Of a stretch of DNA of 64,000 nucleotides, positions 33,091-44,800 are shown piece by piece. The DNA comes from Basidiobolus meristosporus CBS 931.73. Taxonomy: Eukaryota; Fungi; Basidiobolomycota. The translations under genes and the position numbers were made by a program. The stretch is taken from contig MCFE01000107.1 of NCBI GenBank assembly GCA_002104905.1, positions 1-64,000 on the forward strand, given 5' to 3'. Under the pieces are notes generated by a model. That model was not told where the DNA came from, ran no database searches, and was given only the letters and a program-made list of their open reading frames with translations. The number at the start of each line of letters is the position of its first letter. Positions within the stretch are counted from its first letter, which is position 1.

Positions 33091-33981
33091 ATGACCAACA
33101 CCTCCAGCGCTTACTTGAAGAAACAAGCCTATGGCAAGACCAAGGTTCGCATCACCAAGGTCATCCGCCACACCAAGAGCTGGCACGATGTTGTCGAGCT
33201 CACTGCCCAAGTCCTTCTTGATGGCAAGTTCGAGACCTCCTACACCGAGGCTGACAACTCTGTTGTTGTCCCAACCGACACTGTCAAGAACACCCTCTAC
33301 GTCCTCGCCAAGAAGTCCGAGAATGTTCAAACCATCGAGCGCTTTGGTTATGAGATTGGCCAACACTTCATCAACAGATACTCCCATGTCGACGATGTCT
33401 ACATCAAGCTCATCCAACACCGCTGGACTCGTGTTGAGATCGATGGCCAACTCCACCCCCACTCCTTCCTTCGTGATGGTGATGAGACCAGACGTGTCGA
33501 GATAACTGTTTCCCGTGACGGAAAGGTTTCCGTCGAATCTCGTCTCAAGGATCTTCTTGTGTTGAAGTCCACCGGCTCTGCCTTCACCAACTTCCACCGT
33601 TGCGAGTACACCACTCTTCAAGATGCCACTGACCGCATCTTCTCCACCAGTGTCGATGCCAAGTGGACCTACAACCTCGAGAAGTCCAAGATCGAGGAGA
33701 TTCCATTCGATGAGATTGCCAACAGTGTTCGCGAGATCACCCTCAGCACCTTTGCCACCGATGACTCAGCCTCAGTGCAAGCCACCATGTACCAGATGGG
33801 TGAGAAGGTGTTGGGCCAGAATGTGGATGTTAGCGAGATCAGCTACGCCCTTCCCAACAAACACTACCTCAGTGTCAACCTGAAGCCCTTCAACCTTCCC
33901 AATGAAGGCAAGGACATGAACATCTTCCAACCCATCAGTGACCCCTCTGGCTATATCACTGCCACCATTGCGCGTCAGTAA
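33091..33981 (+). CDS. uox: Uricase (urate oxidase), copy 2
   Basis: YGKTKVRI, VVPTDTVKNT, LKSTGSAF, DRIFST, SASVQATMY, LPNKHY. The likely start is ATG 33091 (MTNTSSAYL); C-terminus ARQ. Confidence 0.96.
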   Translation: MTNTSSAYLKKQAYGKTKVRITKVIRHTKSWHDVVELTAQVLLDGKFETSYTEADNSVVVPTDTVKNTLYVLAKKSENVQTIERFGYEIGQHFINRYSHVDDVYIKLIQHRWTRVEIDGQLHPHSFLRDGDETRRVEITVSRDGKVSVESRLKDLLVLKSTGSAFTNFHRCEYTTLQDATDRIFSTSVDAKWTYNLEKSKIEEIPFDEIANSVREITLSTFATDDSASVQATMYQMGEKVLGQNVDVSEISYALPNKHYLSVNLKPFNLPNEGKDMNIFQPISDPSGYITATIARQ

Positions 33982-34263
33982 TAATTCCTCCACCTGATGC
34001 TCGTTCATTGTACTTTGCTTCACTTCGTGTATAGTCCAGATACTGAATAAACTTCAAAGCCTAGCCATGGAATAAATTGACTTCACAGTGAATCAAAGCG
34101 TCCAATTTGATAATGCGATCATTTAATGGAATATGAGAAGTAGCATTGGGATTTCGAAATAACCTAGAGTGTACCGACTGAATAGACATATACATATTAA
34201 ATGATTCAGCATAACTGATTCACAACATCTGCTGGTTGTTTGTGTGCCAAGTGTACTAGTTGA

Positions 34264-34758
34264 TCATTCATCGTCAAAATCATGATCTTTCTGAGACCTC
34301 AATTTTGCCAGCTCCACATCTCTTGAATACTTTCGCTTGTCGGAAATCAAGCTTTGAAGCAAGCGAGCAAGTTCGCGGAAAAAGGTCGCGTCCGACTCAC
34401 TCACCGCCCAAGTTGCTAATACGACGGGGTGCTGGTTTGGTGGTAAGGGCGAGCGTTCATTTTCATCATATATGCTCTCTTCTTGCGGACTCGTGGATGA
34501 TGTTGCTATGGAACCAAGCCCCCAGGCACTCCTTGGTTGTGCAGAAGCAGTGCCAGCGAGTTTGGGTTTTTTTGCCTCCTGGTGGGCAACGTAACTTCCA
34601 CGAAGTTCCTCCAAAGCAGCAGTGATGGCGATAATCTGTTCTGCAAGTTCCTCAAGATAACGATTTGGAAGATCGTGTGCGCTGGTTGTCATTGACATGT
34701 TGACGCCTCCAGACGAAGTGATTGAGGCGGAGAAATTGTCTCGCTTCTTGGGGCGCAT
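34264..34758 (-). CDS. Hypothetical protein, 164 aa, with helical/coiled-coil-like segments
   Basis: Open frame with protein-like composition; no family recognised. Confidence 0.5.
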   Translation of the reverse strand: MRPKKRDNFSASITSSGGVNMSMTTSAHDLPNRYLEELAEQIIAITAALEELRGSYVAHQEAKKPKLAGTASAQPRSAWGLGSIATSSTSPQEESIYDENERSPLPPNQHPVVLATWAVSESDATFFRELARLLQSLISDKRKYSRDVELAKLRSQKDHDFDDE

Positions 34759-35332
34759 GGTGCACAGGGTTAGAATAGAGAGGAGCAGAGTTTAATGGCA
34801 AACACAAGAAGAGGTGGGGAAATGCTAGAGCAAAGCATCAATTGAAGGAGAGGAATAGCATACAAAACGCTGTCACACGTTACTGTAAGTCATCCATTGA
34901 CTCAATAGTTGCCAATCAATATTGCGTATTCACATGTAGTCACCATAAATATTCATTCATATCCTCTGGCTCTCCAAGGTGTGGGAAGTTTTGTTTACTT
35001 ATTCATAATCAAATCAGAGGAGGAGCTTGTCTATAGGACTGAACTTGGATATCATTTCTTACAATAGCAGTGATCATGTTCAACCCTTCCAGACTAACAA
35101 TCACTGAGGCTTATTATCTTTGGCTTGATCATGCTGCCTGCAACAACTAAGTATAGTATGATTTTTGTGGTTCATATCTGCAGATTAGATGGTGTTCCTT
35201 GAGTTACGAAATTTTATGTCTTGATGTATAGCCCTTTGTAGTGCAAGTTATGTATCATTGAAACTATGGGAAACCAAACCCTCACACTGCAAGAGGGAGC
35301 ATTTTTTACTGTTAACAATTATCAGCAACGCT

Positions 35333-37684
35333 CTATATTTCTGTCACTGCACGATCGCTTTGATAACGCAGCACCTTGCCATCGGGGAACTTGGCCATTA
35401 TCGAATGGGCTTCTACACACATCCCGCATTTGGCGTTTCCTTGGAGATTTCCACCATGAGTGTATGCGTGGTCCCCAAAGTTCGCGACCAACTGCGTCCC
35501 ATCTTCGAAGGTGGTCCGCTGCACTCGGCGATCCTCCGATAGCCAGGCGAAATCCGTCATCGATTTAAACGCCAGTTTCTCGTGCACTGGTCTGAAAAAA
35601 GCATCCAACCGAAGCAAGTATTTCGTTCGCACCTCGGCCGTAGCCAGATTCAGGTGTACCATTGGAGGGATGTTGTACAACATCTGCATCAACTCCACGT
35701 CCGACTGGATTTCCGGGAATTTCAGGTTGTCGATCAGCCAGTGGTTGGTGGTCACTATGCTATCATGGAAAACGGCTTGGAACAGCGGGACCCGCTTGGC
35801 TGGGTTGTAGAACAGCTCACGATAGATCGGCTTAATGGCGGCAGGTTTGAAGAACAAAGCAGGCTGGTTTTCAGGGAAATAGCCACCCAGGAAATACGGG
35901 GAGCTTTTGTTCTTGTGCATTTCCACATCGCCCCATCCAAAGTTGGTGTTTTGCATGCCATGAGCAAAGGGAACTTCTCTGTTCACATGGGCATAGCCGT
36001 TTTCCGATCCAGCTAGTAGCCTTAGCCTTGGATCCATTGCCACCCACTGCATACGTCTGTTCCTGTCAGCGGCATCTTGGGATTCGGTGCTAATGTGAGC
36101 AGGGTCGTAATCTTCGTGGACCATCCCAGAAGCATCTGCATCCAAGAACCAACTGTTATATGCATTGCGGGTCTGTGTCTGGATCTCCCGTACTCTTCGA
36201 TGATACACATTCTGAACACAGGGCGTATTGGTGTAGACCCCTTTCCCTTGAAAGCCAGGTAGGCGTTTGCCGTTCTCCAGCATCACTCCGCATTTTTCAA
36301 ACACCTCCTGGCCCATGTTAGCAGTTCGGAACGACTGATCGGTCCCGTCTGGAATGGCTGTGTTGTATGAATCATAAGGGCCAATTAGGTAGCCAGCATC
36401 ATTCGCAGCTTGGACTCCCTCTGGGTGATAAAACCCTGCCTGGTAATCAGGGAGCCCAAGGAACATTCGCGTCAAACCCGACTCGTGTAGCCTCTCCATC
36501 ATTTTGGTTGAGGCCCCATCTCCCCATCTTTCCATTGGAATCACCGAATCCTGGAATAGTTCCTTCAAGGCATGCTTCTGCTTATCTTCTAGATACTTGA
36601 GCTCCGGGGATTCCAGCTGGGTGGCATCAAGTTGGGGCACAATTTCGTTGATATCATTGGTGACAACTGCTTGGGTGAATCTCTCGGTTGGCAAGTCTTT
36701 GGACGCTAACGCTTCTTTGCTCTCGAGGCTAAGCTTGCTTCGCAATGCTTCGGCCAACGGTTCGGTGCTGTTACTCAAGATTTCCGAGAATTTCGCCCAA
36801 TTTTTCACATCCTGAGGGGCAAGCATCTGTTTTCCCCAGAGGTAGGAGTGGCTGGCCCCGATTAATTTGTGGCCTGTTTGGGACCAACCAATGCGATGCA
36901 GTTTCTCCCACAAGCTTTTGAACTGCCCTCGGGACTTGATCAGTCGACGGAACCGCTTGGATGGAGCAATTGGGTCCAGCTTATTTGGTGTAAGGTGATA
37001 CAGCAGTTCATACGGCTGCTTATAACTTAGTTTAGAAAAGGTATGATGGCCGGTTAGTCGCATTGGCTCGTCAATAAACTCCACCACGGTGTTGAAAGGG
37101 TTGGGGAAGATGACGCTCAGCGTATCCTTCCTCTCGGTGGTGCTGTTCTTCGCTGGATGTATGTACTCCACCCCGAACAATGGCAAGCTCATCTCTTCCG
37201 TCACCGAGATTTTTTCACCGGTGAGTTGAGCTCGCCATTCCTGATCGTCCAATGGGATGTACATTCCCTCCACTTTTGGAAATAACAGCGCCTTAGCCCC
37301 CCGTTGCTCGCTTAATGGTAGTAAAGGCCACTGCATCGTGCCAGGGCTCGTCCTTGATACCCGGACATGAAAATCGTCTCCGGACAACGAGGCAGATATC
37401 GACACCGGAGAATTTTCCCACCGCCATTTAGCATGATGGCGCCCAACGGACAGCTTCTGAATATTTTCGGTGAGGTTCGCCATAGGGAGTGAGAGAGTGA
37501 TGATCTTCCCGTTCTTTCCGGCAGTCTCCGCCTCCATTGCCAAGGTGCTAGGATCAATGGTGATATGCCACAGGTCATTTGAGAGCTTGAATTTCCTTCC
37601 GGCATCATCAGCAGAAGCCGCGATGGTGACGGAGGAAATACTGAGCACAGTAAGAAACAGCTGAATATATCTTGATCCGGTCAT
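35333..37684 (-). CDS. Secreted bacterial-type glycoside hydrolase, probably of the GH101/GH129-related (GHL) group
   Basis: Intronless ORF of ~780 aa. Likely start MTGSRYIQLFLTVLSISSVTIAASA (signal peptide). Motifs GASHSYLWG, YLIGPYDSYNT, NSWFLDADASG, GSENG and PLFQAVFHDSIVTTNHW resemble my recollection of proteobacterial GHL proteins. Confidence 0.7.
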   Translation of the reverse strand: MTGSRYIQLFLTVLSISSVTIAASADDAGRKFKLSNDLWHITIDPSTLAMEAETAGKNGKIITLSLPMANLTENIQKLSVGRHHAKWRWENSPVSISASLSGDDFHVRVSRTSPGTMQWPLLPLSEQRGAKALLFPKVEGMYIPLDDQEWRAQLTGEKISVTEEMSLPLFGVEYIHPAKNSTTERKDTLSVIFPNPFNTVVEFIDEPMRLTGHHTFSKLSYKQPYELLYHLTPNKLDPIAPSKRFRRLIKSRGQFKSLWEKLHRIGWSQTGHKLIGASHSYLWGKQMLAPQDVKNWAKFSEILSNSTEPLAEALRSKLSLESKEALASKDLPTERFTQAVVTNDINEIVPQLDATQLESPELKYLEDKQKHALKELFQDSVIPMERWGDGASTKMMERLHESGLTRMFLGLPDYQAGFYHPEGVQAANDAGYLIGPYDSYNTAIPDGTDQSFRTANMGQEVFEKCGVMLENGKRLPGFQGKGVYTNTPCVQNVYHRRVREIQTQTRNAYNSWFLDADASGMVHEDYDPAHISTESQDAADRNRRMQWVAMDPRLRLLAGSENGYAHVNREVPFAHGMQNTNFGWGDVEMHKNKSSPYFLGGYFPENQPALFFKPAAIKPIYRELFYNPAKRVPLFQAVFHDSIVTTNHWLIDNLKFPEIQSDVELMQMLYNIPPMVHLNLATAEVRTKYLLRLDAFFRPVHEKLAFKSMTDFAWLSEDRRVQRTTFEDGTQLVANFGDHAYTHGGNLQGNAKCGMCVEAHSIMAKFPDGKVLRYQSDRAVTEI

Positions 37685-39392
37685 GTAAAGTAGCGAGCTT
37701 AGCAAAAAGGAATCGCTCGATGCCCTCATTATATACCTCTTGAGTGTAGCCCAGCCCGGCGCCTATTACGGCCGCTTGCATCTGGCGAAAACGCTGGGCT
37801 ATTTTTAACCGACGGTTGAATGCAATGAACATTGAATTTTGGCCCAGCCACCCATCTATGAGCAGCAAGCAACCCTACTGATGTCAAGCGTGGTCACGAG
37901 GGCGGATGCATCTGGGGTATGTCCGCCACCTTTGTTTTGGATTGCGATCTCCTTTCTTGGGTGAATCTTCAATGTGAATCCTCCTTATTTGGTGGCGTAT
38001 TTTTAGACCCAATGCGTATCTACGATCCACACCCTCGAATTGGGAATTTCATGCATTTGCTCAAGCGTAATGACGCCGACCGAGCTATTGGGAGTTTACG
38101 CAGCGATATCCTTACCATTGGTCACCTAGTAAGGGCTCGGCCACGATTAAGAGTTTGGATGGCCATCGTTTATTACGGGTTTGGTTTCATGGGTTTGTAT
38201 GATTTATAAAGCTATTGTTTCTTCCCAGTTGATGTGTGGGTGGCCATGATTAAGAGTTTGTTACAAAGTAGCTTGTTTTATTGGGAGACTGCAATCATAC
38301 AGATGACATCCTCGTGTTGAGGCAAGGATAAAATCCAATAACAGGTGTGTTTCCAGCGGAATTCCTAGCAGCCGAGAGTTCATTTGGATCTGGCTCTCAT
38401 CTTTCTTCTCTTGCGCTTGAGACGTCTTTGTCTCTTCTTCTTCCACTTATCTCTCATCTGAAGGTGATCGACCAAGGTGAAATCGGGGACCATGATTAAG
38501 AGTATGCTGGGATACGTCCCACTTGCAAATCCCACTCTCCATTGGTGGGAAGCACTCGAATATAACCAGGTGGAAGAGCCAGCGGTGGGACCTGACGAAG
38601 GCGCCGACTCCTTTTGACTTGGAAATCAATGTTTGGAGGGGGGATCTTTACTTCACTTGTTAATTCGGTACCGGCGATGCAATGCCTGGGTTAGGACTAC
38701 ACGGTGCATTATCCAGAACCACTTTTTCGGAACAATGTCAGCCCTCCATTCCCGATATGTCGAGAAAATTTTCCTGATAGTTGGCTACCTAAATATCAAG
38801 TCTGTCTTAGAGGTTAATCTAATGTATCCGGCAACACCCTTCAATAGGTCCTGAGCGTGGTCATGATTTCATACTACAGTATTACCACATTAAGGTATCA
38901 TTGCTTGCACAATCAATCGGAGTGTTATGACGCAATATTCTGACCTATTCCACATGGGATCCGGTGGAGTGGATTTGGCTTGTCACCAAATCTCCTTGAC
39001 AAGCACCCACCGAGATGTAGGACATGAGTAAGTCAACTTGGCCAATTGTTTTCCCAAAGCAGCTCCGAGATGTATGGGCGAAGTGACGCGCGACAGGCCC
39101 GCTATCGAATTACACCATTTACTCAAGAGTCCGGTGGATATTTGTTCCGTCGAAATCGACTCGTAGTTATAAACAAATCCCCTAGCCAGCACATCATTGG
39201 TGGACACCGGATGACGTTGGATCGCTGGGGTTCCAAAACGATCTAGGATCCGGCATAAACGATGGTGGGAGGTGCGAGAAATTACGATTCAGGAGTGGAA
39301 GTGCAAGGAATCTCCAAGCTGACAAATCCAATGCTACACGCATATGGTATAAATAGACTCGTCATCAAAGACCCCATACCTATCCATCCAAT

Positions 39393-40278
39393 ATGTCCAC
39401 TGCATCCAAGACCCGTTACGAGCTGTTCTACTTCAACTTGCCCGCCCGCGCAGAAGCCATTCGCTTTTTGCTGGAGTACGGTAAGGTAGGGTAGGAGTGG
39501 ATCCGCGAGATTTCTCTGCCCCTTCACTCACCATTCTTCCTCGATTCAGGCCGATTGGACCGAGCGCAACCCTGTGGTGAGTTTTCTGTTGTTAGGATTT
39601 CGAGATCGCCCCGTATTTAACCACAGTCCCATTTCAGAACTGGGCCGAAGAAAAACCCACCACCCCGTTCGGCTGCCTTCCAGTCCTCACCGTACACCGC
39701 GAGGACGGTTCGGTAAGTTCTTCCCTACCGAGGCTCCGGGAAGAGCGGCCTATTTAATGCGGTTCCCCTCGTTTAGGAATTCCAACTGGGAGAAAGTCAC
39801 ACCATTGAGCGTTATCTCGCCCGCAAGTTTGGTAAGTTCTCGGCATTGGGGTGTGCCACGTAACTCCGGCTCATTCATTTCCCGCCACACAGGACTTCTG
39901 GGTTCCAACGAGGACGAAGCCGCGTTGATCGACAGCTTCTGCGAGGGCTGGGCCACCCTCATCAACGCCATGGTCGCCTGTAAATTCGGCAAGACCGAGG
40001 CGGCCAAGGAGGCCGGGAAATCCAGCTTCGACCGCGCCTCCCAGGATATCCTCGAGTACCACGAAAAGCAACTCGCCAAGAACGGCAACGGCCTCTACTT
40101 CGGCACCCAACTCTCCCTGGTGGATATCCTCGCCTATACCATGGTGCAGTCGGTGAAAGGGTTCGGATTCGACGTGCTTGACAAGGCGCCCGGTCTGAAC
40201 CGACTCTGCGAGACCATTCAGAACCACCCAGTCATCGGTGCCTACGCTCAGGAGCGTCTCAAGGCTAAGAGCCTGTGA
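39393..40278 (+). CDS. Glutathione S-transferase (sigma-like), multi-exon
   Basis: Exon 1 MSTASKTRYELFYFNLPARAEAIRFLLEY, then PFGCLPVL and the C-domain YFGTQLSLVDILAY. Several short GT-AG introns. Confidence 0.88.
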
Positions 40279-40801
40279 TCGCACCGTGTAGTATCGGACG
40301 AAACGGTCATGTAGCAGCATTCCACAGATTAGGAAATAAATGAAATCCCCCTGTAAAATACGCACTCTTCTCGATGTCCATCTCCATCATATCATCCGTT
40401 TAGTATGGAAACGGGGGGTTTGGTGAGATTTGGGGTTAACCAGACCAGGCTAAGCCAACTCTTGGCCATCGAGCCTACTATCTGGACATCATTGCTATCA
40501 GGGATTAGAGTCCTCTGGCTGATCCAAATTTGGGAACCTCCCATATGAAAACGAGATCCGTTCAGATCGAGCGGACCATATATGTCCATCCCATGTGAAG
40601 ATACCCTATCTCCACCCTAAATCCAGACGTTCTTTCGCTTTCACATGCGTTTCCAATCAAGAATTCCACTCTACTCTACCGTCCGGGCGAACCTATTTAA
40701 ACGGTGAAGCCAAGTGATCTCCCAAATCCCACCCTCTAAACCACCACCCTACCCCCCCATCTACCAACCTGTCGAGCATTCATTTAACTCCGATAACCCC
40801 C

Positions 40802-41485
40802 TTGGACGCGGTGAACACCCGCTTCCGCCGGATGAGCACCTTTGTTGGCAAGGAGGATCTCCCGCTGATCGTCGGCATGGTGCTGGCCGCAGCGATCCTC
40901 GGTAGTCCCCGGGAGTTCTTGCTGGTCCTGCTGCTGGCCGTGGTAGCCTCCGAGGTACCCAGCACGTTAGAGTCCTTAGTCATCATCCTCCTGGCCGGGA
41001 TCACCCCGCTCCTGACCACCTCTCGAGAGTTACTGTTCGTTTTCGGTTTCACCGTGATCATTGCCACCATCGAGACCAACCCGAACTTCTGGAAACGGTT
41101 CCTGCTCGCCGGGGCGTTGGCGTATCTCTCCGGCATCGAGGAAGTGCTCCTGATCTTCGCCATTTCCTCCATCGCCGGGGCCTTCACCGGGACCAAGGGG
41201 CTTCTGCTGCTGTCCGGGGTGATCGGGATCGTGACCGGGATCGCCGGTTTCCAAGAGTTCCTGCTCATCACCGCGCTGACCCTCGCGGTCGGCCTGGGGA
41301 TGGTGATCATCCAAGGGGTCGCCTGCGCCGTCCGGTTCCTCCTAAGAAACCTCTCGAGATCCGTCTACCGTCTCTTCTCCTCCGGATCCTCCTCCCTTTT
41401 CGTCCTTCTGCTGACCATCTCCATGATTTGTCTGGAGGAGTCCTGGAGATTCCTTCTGTACTTCCTCTCGGCGGAGATCCGTTGA
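40802..41485 (+). CDS. Highly hydrophobic repetitive integral membrane protein, 227 aa
   Basis: Open GC-rich frame with about 8 hydrophobic stretches that recurrently start E(F/L/V)LL; TATTTAAA upstream at ~40694. Confidence 0.65.
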   Translation: MDAVNTRFRRMSTFVGKEDLPLIVGMVLAAAILGSPREFLLVLLLAVVASEVPSTLESLVIILLAGITPLLTTSRELLFVFGFTVIIATIETNPNFWKRFLLAGALAYLSGIEEVLLIFAISSIAGAFTGTKGLLLLSGVIGIVTGIAGFQEFLLITALTLAVGLGMVIIQGVACAVRFLLRNLSRSVYRLFSSGSSSLFVLLLTISMICLEESWRFLLYFLSAEIR

Positions 41486-41899
41486 CTGGGGACAAGAGGG
41501 GAGGGGGGGGGTACGAGTAGCGTATGAATGTAAATACTGTCACCGCAAATCTTTTTGTAATTAAATAACCGACCTCAACCGGAGGAAATGAATGTAGGTC
41601 CCACGGTGGCCTGTTGATACGGATGTCGAGTCATTAGGGAGACTTGTGTTTATTGAAGTAGAAAGGTATATGGGTTCAGGGTGAGGGTTAGGGTAGGAGC
41701 TCAAGCTAGGGGTAGGGGGGGTAGGGGTAAGAATGCCGATGAAAGTGTAAATGAATATGATCGATGTTGATGTTGGGCTATCGGCGGAAGGAACAAGTTA
41801 TTCTTCAAGCAAGTAAGGGAAACCTCGGTTTGGTTGGTTGAGGGGGATGGGGAGATTGGTGTTGGAGTTTGGGTGAGTGGTGTGCGCACCATCTTCCAT

Positions 41900-44800
41900 T
41901 CACTCTTGGGCTCGGGACTCCTTCAGCTCTCTCAGCTCCTCTTCCAGCCGGATCCTGGCATTTCTCTCCTCCACCAACTCTTCTCTCAATTTGTCCATCT
42001 CCTCCTTCATCCACGCCCTCATCTTGTTCTCCAGCTCTCCTAGGGCCAATGCCTGGGCTGCCCCGGCTACTCCGCCGAATTTACGGGGGGCAGTGTCGGC
42101 GGTGGAAGTCGATTCCCCACGGCCGCTGTCAAGATTGCCGCTGCCAATTCTACGTCCAAGTTCCCCGACGTGTCCGGACTTGCTTGGGAGAACCGGGACT
42201 CCGGATTTTCCGAAGGAGAGTTTGGCGAAGGGGGTGGCCTGTCCTCGAAGGGCAGATGGCTTGATCAACCTGGGCTGCTCCTCCTGCTCCGTAGTATCGG
42301 GAGTCTCCTCGGGGATCTCTCGCGATTTCACCGGTTCCACCACTGCTGGTTTCTCTACCTCCTTCGTCTCGTCTTGTACCTGAAAAGTAACAAACGAAGA
42401 TTAGTGATGTTATTCAACGTGGATGGGATGTTGGATTCCCGAACACTTGCCGTGTCTTCCTCGATGGCTTTCTCTAAGAGTTGAGTTTGCGAAGTGACAG
42501 CGTCCCTGGCCACTGGAGTGGGCTTACGTTTGGTGCGCAAGGGCCTACCTTTGGTCAAGGATGACAATGGCTGCACCTCAGGGAGCGCCGGTAGGGAAGC
42601 CACGCTCTCCTCTGGCACTTGCTGATCAACTTCCTCTTTACTTTCTTCGGCGGTGGTCTCGAGCTCCTCAGCCAGTCCAGCATCACCCTCTGGTTTCGCG
42701 AGCTCATCGGTAACCACGGAGCCCGACGCTTCTGGAGTGGAGGTCTCCTCCGGAGATCCCAATTCCTGCTTCTTGTGGCGGTCGTCAGGGGTGAATGTCG
42801 GCTCCACCTGATCGATGTTTCGCTTCTGTTGATCCTCTAAGGATTTGCTTTCGAGTGCTCTGTCCACCTGGTCCAGGTTGGTGGAGATCGAGGCCTCTCC
42901 GTCTGCATATCTAGGGGTGGCAATGTTGGGAGTAGGCTCAGGCTCATGTGGGATCTCCAGGTCCGAGCTGGCCTCGTAAAATTCGTCGTTCTCCGATTTC
43001 AAGGAGAGCTTGGATTCCTTCTCCCCTTCCTCATCGCTCCCCACAGCTGGGATTGTCTCCTCTCTCAGCTCTGGGACTTCCTCCTGGGTTGAGCGGGGAG
43101 ATGCGATCATATTCTCGTGAATGGATCTTCTGGCGGGCGACCCATGGAAACTGTTTCTTTGCGATGGCTCGCTACCGCTTCCGACCGACGGGGTGCGTCT
43201 GGGAGGAGATGGTAGTGACATCTCCTGATTGGACTCTCTATGTGGTAAGCCAGTGGGCATAGGCAACTCAGTTTGAGATCCGTTACCAGAGGGTAAGGGT
43301 GTGGTAGGCGAATGTGGCTCCACACCGTACGATCCGCTTCTTCCGGGGGTAGGTGAGTGTGGGGTGTCCATACGGTAGAAGGAGGTTCGGGATGAGGGGG
43401 CAGGTTCAGGAGCCTCGGGATCTGCCTCGATTTCGGGGACGTTCCTGGCGGTGGGAAGAGCATTTTCCATACCAGAATGCTCGGAATCAATGCTATACAT
43501 GGACGATCTGGACGGAATTGAATGGCTGGCTGGTTCCTGAGATGACGGGGAAGCTGGTGTTGGTCTCGTTACGCGAGATGGAATTTGAGGGGAGATTTCG
43601 CTGCGCGCGGGCACTGCTGGCAGAACTTCGGGCTCTACACCGCCATCACGAGGCTGGGGATGCAGGTCGTCAGATTCGGATCGAACTGGTGGTTGAGGAA
43701 GTTGGCGAGCAGAATCCAAAGCATCGCTGAATTCCGCATGGGCAAAAGATGAGTCGGACGTGGTACGAGATGGGATACTTGGTACTTGTGGCATAGACTC
43801 ATGAATGCTTGTTCGTGAAGGAATGTTTGGGGATTGGGTTTGTGCTTCATAATTAGAGTGAGGAGAACTCTGTACAGGTGATTTAGGCTCATAAGTACTT
43901 GTACGAGAAGGAACACTTGGCACTTGGGGTAGTGATTCATGAGTGCTGGCCCTAGAAAAGCGTTGTCCTTGGGGCTCAGGCTCAGACTCGGGCGCGTAGT
44001 AGCTTGAGCGGGATGGGATGCTAGGCACTTGAGGTAGTGATTCACGAGTGCTGGTTCTAGATGGTACACTTGGTACTGGTGGTGTGGCTTCCCGGGCATC
44101 AGAACGAGGCGAGATAGGCACCTCAGGCTCAGATTCGTATATACTGGTACGAGAAGGAGCACTGGATACTTGAGGTACAGACTCATGGGTACTAGAGCGA
44201 GCTGGAACAGTTGGTAGTTGAGGTACAAATTCATGAGTACTAGAGCGAGTTGGGACAGTAGGTACAGACTCATGTGTGCTAGAACGTGACAATTGAGGAG
44301 CACTGGGCAGAGGCTCATGGGGGCTTGAACGAGAGGGAGCTACAGGAAGTTGAGGTGCACTCGCGGGAACGGGTGCAGAGGCAGGATGGGTAGGTCCAGC
44401 TTCGTTAGATGCAGCCGATGGTTCATCCGAGCCCATACGACGTCCAGTCTTTCTCAATTTTGGCATGCCGCCTGCAAACAATCCTCCAATGCCGCCTTGC
44501 TTCACTCCGTAGGCGGCTAATCTAAATCCTCCACGAGGAGCATTCCCAGACGAATGGTCAGCCTCGCCAGCTGGCTGTTCAATAAGCTTGACCAAATGAG
44601 GTGGGAACAACCCGATTTTACCATTCATTTCTCCTCTCCACCAATCCTCACCTTGTTCCAGGATCGTCACGACCCCTCCTTTTCTGAGGGTCAAGTGGGA
44701 GGAGCTCTGAGCGTCAAAGTCATCCTCGACCAATGCAAGCTTAGGGCCGCTATGCTCTGGAGCATGGGGTGCCTTTTCCGATTTTTCTTCCTCGTCATTA

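Noticed and set aside
41683-41730. G-rich GGGTTAGGG/GGGTAGGGG tract as a telomeric remnant
   Set aside because: Only one exact TTAGGG, lying between convergent gene 3' ends with no element junction.
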